DNA from: a bacterium
Lineage (GTDB): Bacteria; Bacillota_I; Bacilli_A; RF39; UBA660
Assembly (NCBI GenBank): GCA_022779465.1
Contig: JALFTB010000035.1
Coordinates: 382-64,381, forward strand
Direction of reading: 5' to 3'
Length of the DNA stretch: 64,000 bases
Position numbers and translations under genes: made by a program. A model generated the notes under the pieces. It saw only the letters and a program-made list of their open reading frames with translations, had not been told where the DNA came from and made no database searches. Shown piece after piece: positions 62,703 to 64,000 of this stretch. The first letter of the stretch is position 1, and every line of letters starts with the position of its first letter.

Positions 62703-63551
62703 TCATTTTAATTGTTTTTCTTTTTTTAGAGTTACATTTTTATTTAATGATTCATATGTATCAATAATTGAAATAAAGGCATTAGGATCGATAATACTTA
62801 TACCTTCTCTAATACGATAATAATCTTTTGTATCGATTACTGACATAATGATTTTGCTTTTTTGATTGGAATATCCACCTTTTACACTGAATTCTGTATA
62901 ATCATAGTTTAAATCATTAATAATATAGTTTTTAACTTCTTTTTCTTTTTCAGTTATGATAAAGAATGTTTTTGAAGAACTAACACCAATTTTAGATTTT
63001 GTAGCTAAATAGTGAATCATAAATACAGTGATAGCACTATATACCATAAAATTAAAATCTAATGTAATAAATGTCAGAATTAAAATAATTGCTTCAACTA
63101 TATAAGTAAATATTCTATTTCTAACTTTTTGAATGCCATGAATTAAGTCTTGAATGATTTCTAAACCACCAATACGATAACCTTCTTTATAAATCATATT
63201 ATTACCGTATCCAGTTAGGAAGGCACCAGTTATGACCGCTATGATTGTTTCCATTTGCTCCATTATTTGAATGTTATTATATTGATCAAAAATATATATA
63301 AATATTGGAATTAAAATACTAGGAATTAAATATCTTTTTGCTCCTTTAGTACCTGAAATTATATAACTGATAGTTAAAAAGAAAAGATTAAATATTAAAA
63401 TAAATATTGATGGTTCACAATTAAATTTAAAATTTAATAATTCTCCAATTCCAAATATTCCATTTGATACTATTTTGTATGGAAGAAATATAAAACTATA
63501 TGATAGTGCGATTATTAGTGATCCTATGACTAAATTAAAATACTTTTTCAT
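62703..63551 (-). CDS. YitT family membrane protein (DUF2179 C-terminal domain)
   Basis: 282 aa. N-terminal YitT-like TM region and a C-terminal soluble domain (TEFSVKGGYS...ISIIDTYE). Confidence 0.8.
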   Translation of the reverse strand: MKKYFNLVIGSLIIALSYSFIFLPYKIVSNGIFGIGELLNFKFNCEPSIFILIFNLFFLTISYIISGTKGAKRYLIPSILIPIFIYIFDQYNNIQIMEQMETIIAVITGAFLTGYGNNMIYKEGYRIGGLEIIQDLIHGIQKVRNRIFTYIVEAIILILTFITLDFNFMVYSAITVFMIHYLATKSKIGVSSSKTFFIITEKEKEVKNYIINDLNYDYTEFSVKGGYSNQKSKIIMSVIDTKDYYRIREGISIIDPNAFISIIDTYESLNKNVTLKKEKQLK

Positions 63552-63554
63552 TTT

Positions 63555-64000
63555 TTACCTCTTTATTCTTAAATAAGCTTCCATGAATGGAAGTATATTA
63601 CCATTTAACACCCCATCTGCGTTATAATCTTCATAATTTGTTCTAACATCTTTTACTAATTTATACGGTTCTAATGTATAATTTCTTATTTGACTGCCAA
63701 ATTCAATGTTAATATGACTTTTTAATTTATCAATATCTTTTTCATTTGATTGTTCTAATAATTGTTCTAATTTACTTGTTAATACTGACATTGCAGTTGC
63801 TTTATTTTTTATTTGGCTTCTTTCATTTTGACATGTTACTACAATACCGGTTGGAATATGAGTAATTCTTACTGCTGAATCGGTAGTGTTTACACCTTGT
63901 CCACCTTTTCCACTACTTCTATATACGTCTACTCTGATATCGTCAGGATTGATAGTAACATTAGTTGTTTGCTCTAATTCAGGAATAACTGTTACTGCCG
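63555..64000 (-). CDS. prfB: Peptide chain release factor 2, 3' part; the gene continues beyond the window end
   Basis: My own translation shows the frame stays open upstream of the track's ATG. It reads ...YRSSGKGGQGVNTTDSAVRITHIPTGIVVTCQNERSQIKNKATAMSVLTSKL..., containing the GGQ motif. The RF2-type tail GSQIRNYTLEPYKLVKDVRT is also present. Confidence 0.9.
   Translation of the reverse strand, partial: AVTVIPELEQTTNVTINPDDIRVDVYRSSGKGGQGVNTTDSAVRITHIPTGIVVTCQNERSQIKNKATAMSVLTSKLEQLLEQSNEKDIDKLKSHINIEFGSQIRNYTLEPYKLVKDVRTNYEDYNADGVLNGNILPFMEAYLRIKR

Noticed and set aside
63555-63791. The track's 78-aa ORF, read as a stand-alone small protein.
   Set aside because: The frame stays open upstream to the window edge and encodes the GGQ region of RF2. 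The ORF is therefore only the C-terminal part of prfB.

Overview
This is a visibly AT-rich Firmicutes-type chromosomal window. Gene order matches the conserved near-origin housekeeping region of Bacillus. Nearly every gene is on the minus strand; only rnr, gerQ and lemA are on plus. Reading the minus strand from high to low coordinates: prfB (3' part, runs off the window), yitT, cwlD, an Abi_2 gene, htrA, an ATP-grasp gene, ychF, rpsF-ssb-rpsR, an ABC-F ATPase, rplI-dnaB, an M23/LysM peptidase, walJ(yycJ)-rlmH, a Nudix gene, ung, lysS (T-box controlled), pheS-pheT (T-box controlled), pcrA-ligA, a degenerate GGDEF sensor, an S41 protease, two degenerate EcfA-like ATPases followed by truA, a tagO / HAD-GtrA / CDP-alcohol transferase envelope cluster, a fused ABC/FtsX transporter, pduL, dusB, uvrA, lgt, a trxB-like gene, a collagen-like repeat protein with an adjacent GT2-TPR glycosyltransferase, mrnC-rlmB-sigH-secE-nusG, two tandem HNH-like genes, rplK-rplA-rplJ-rplL, a small membrane-protein pair, and rpsL-rpsG-fusA. 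GerQ, CwlD, a sigH-like sigma factor and a BclA-style collagen protein suggest a spore former. I found no rRNA, tRNA, CRISPR array, transposase or integrase by eye. The observations most worth follow-up are: (1) two paralogous cysteine-less HNH-like genes inserted in the normally invariant nusG-rplK junction; (2) a mutually complementary degenerate EcfA1/EcfA2-like pair with no EcfT; (3) a collagen-like, Cys-rich-N-terminus protein with a 36-bp tandem repeat next to a GT2-TPR glycosyltransferase; (4) a thioredoxin-reductase-like flavoprotein lacking both NADPH-binding motifs; (5) L11 with an acidic C-terminal tail of about 55 aa; (6) an XRE regulator fused to an ImmA-like domain whose HExxH is replaced; (7) a HAD-GtrA fusion next to tagO. 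All functional calls rest on motif recognition and synteny read from the translations. No database search was run.
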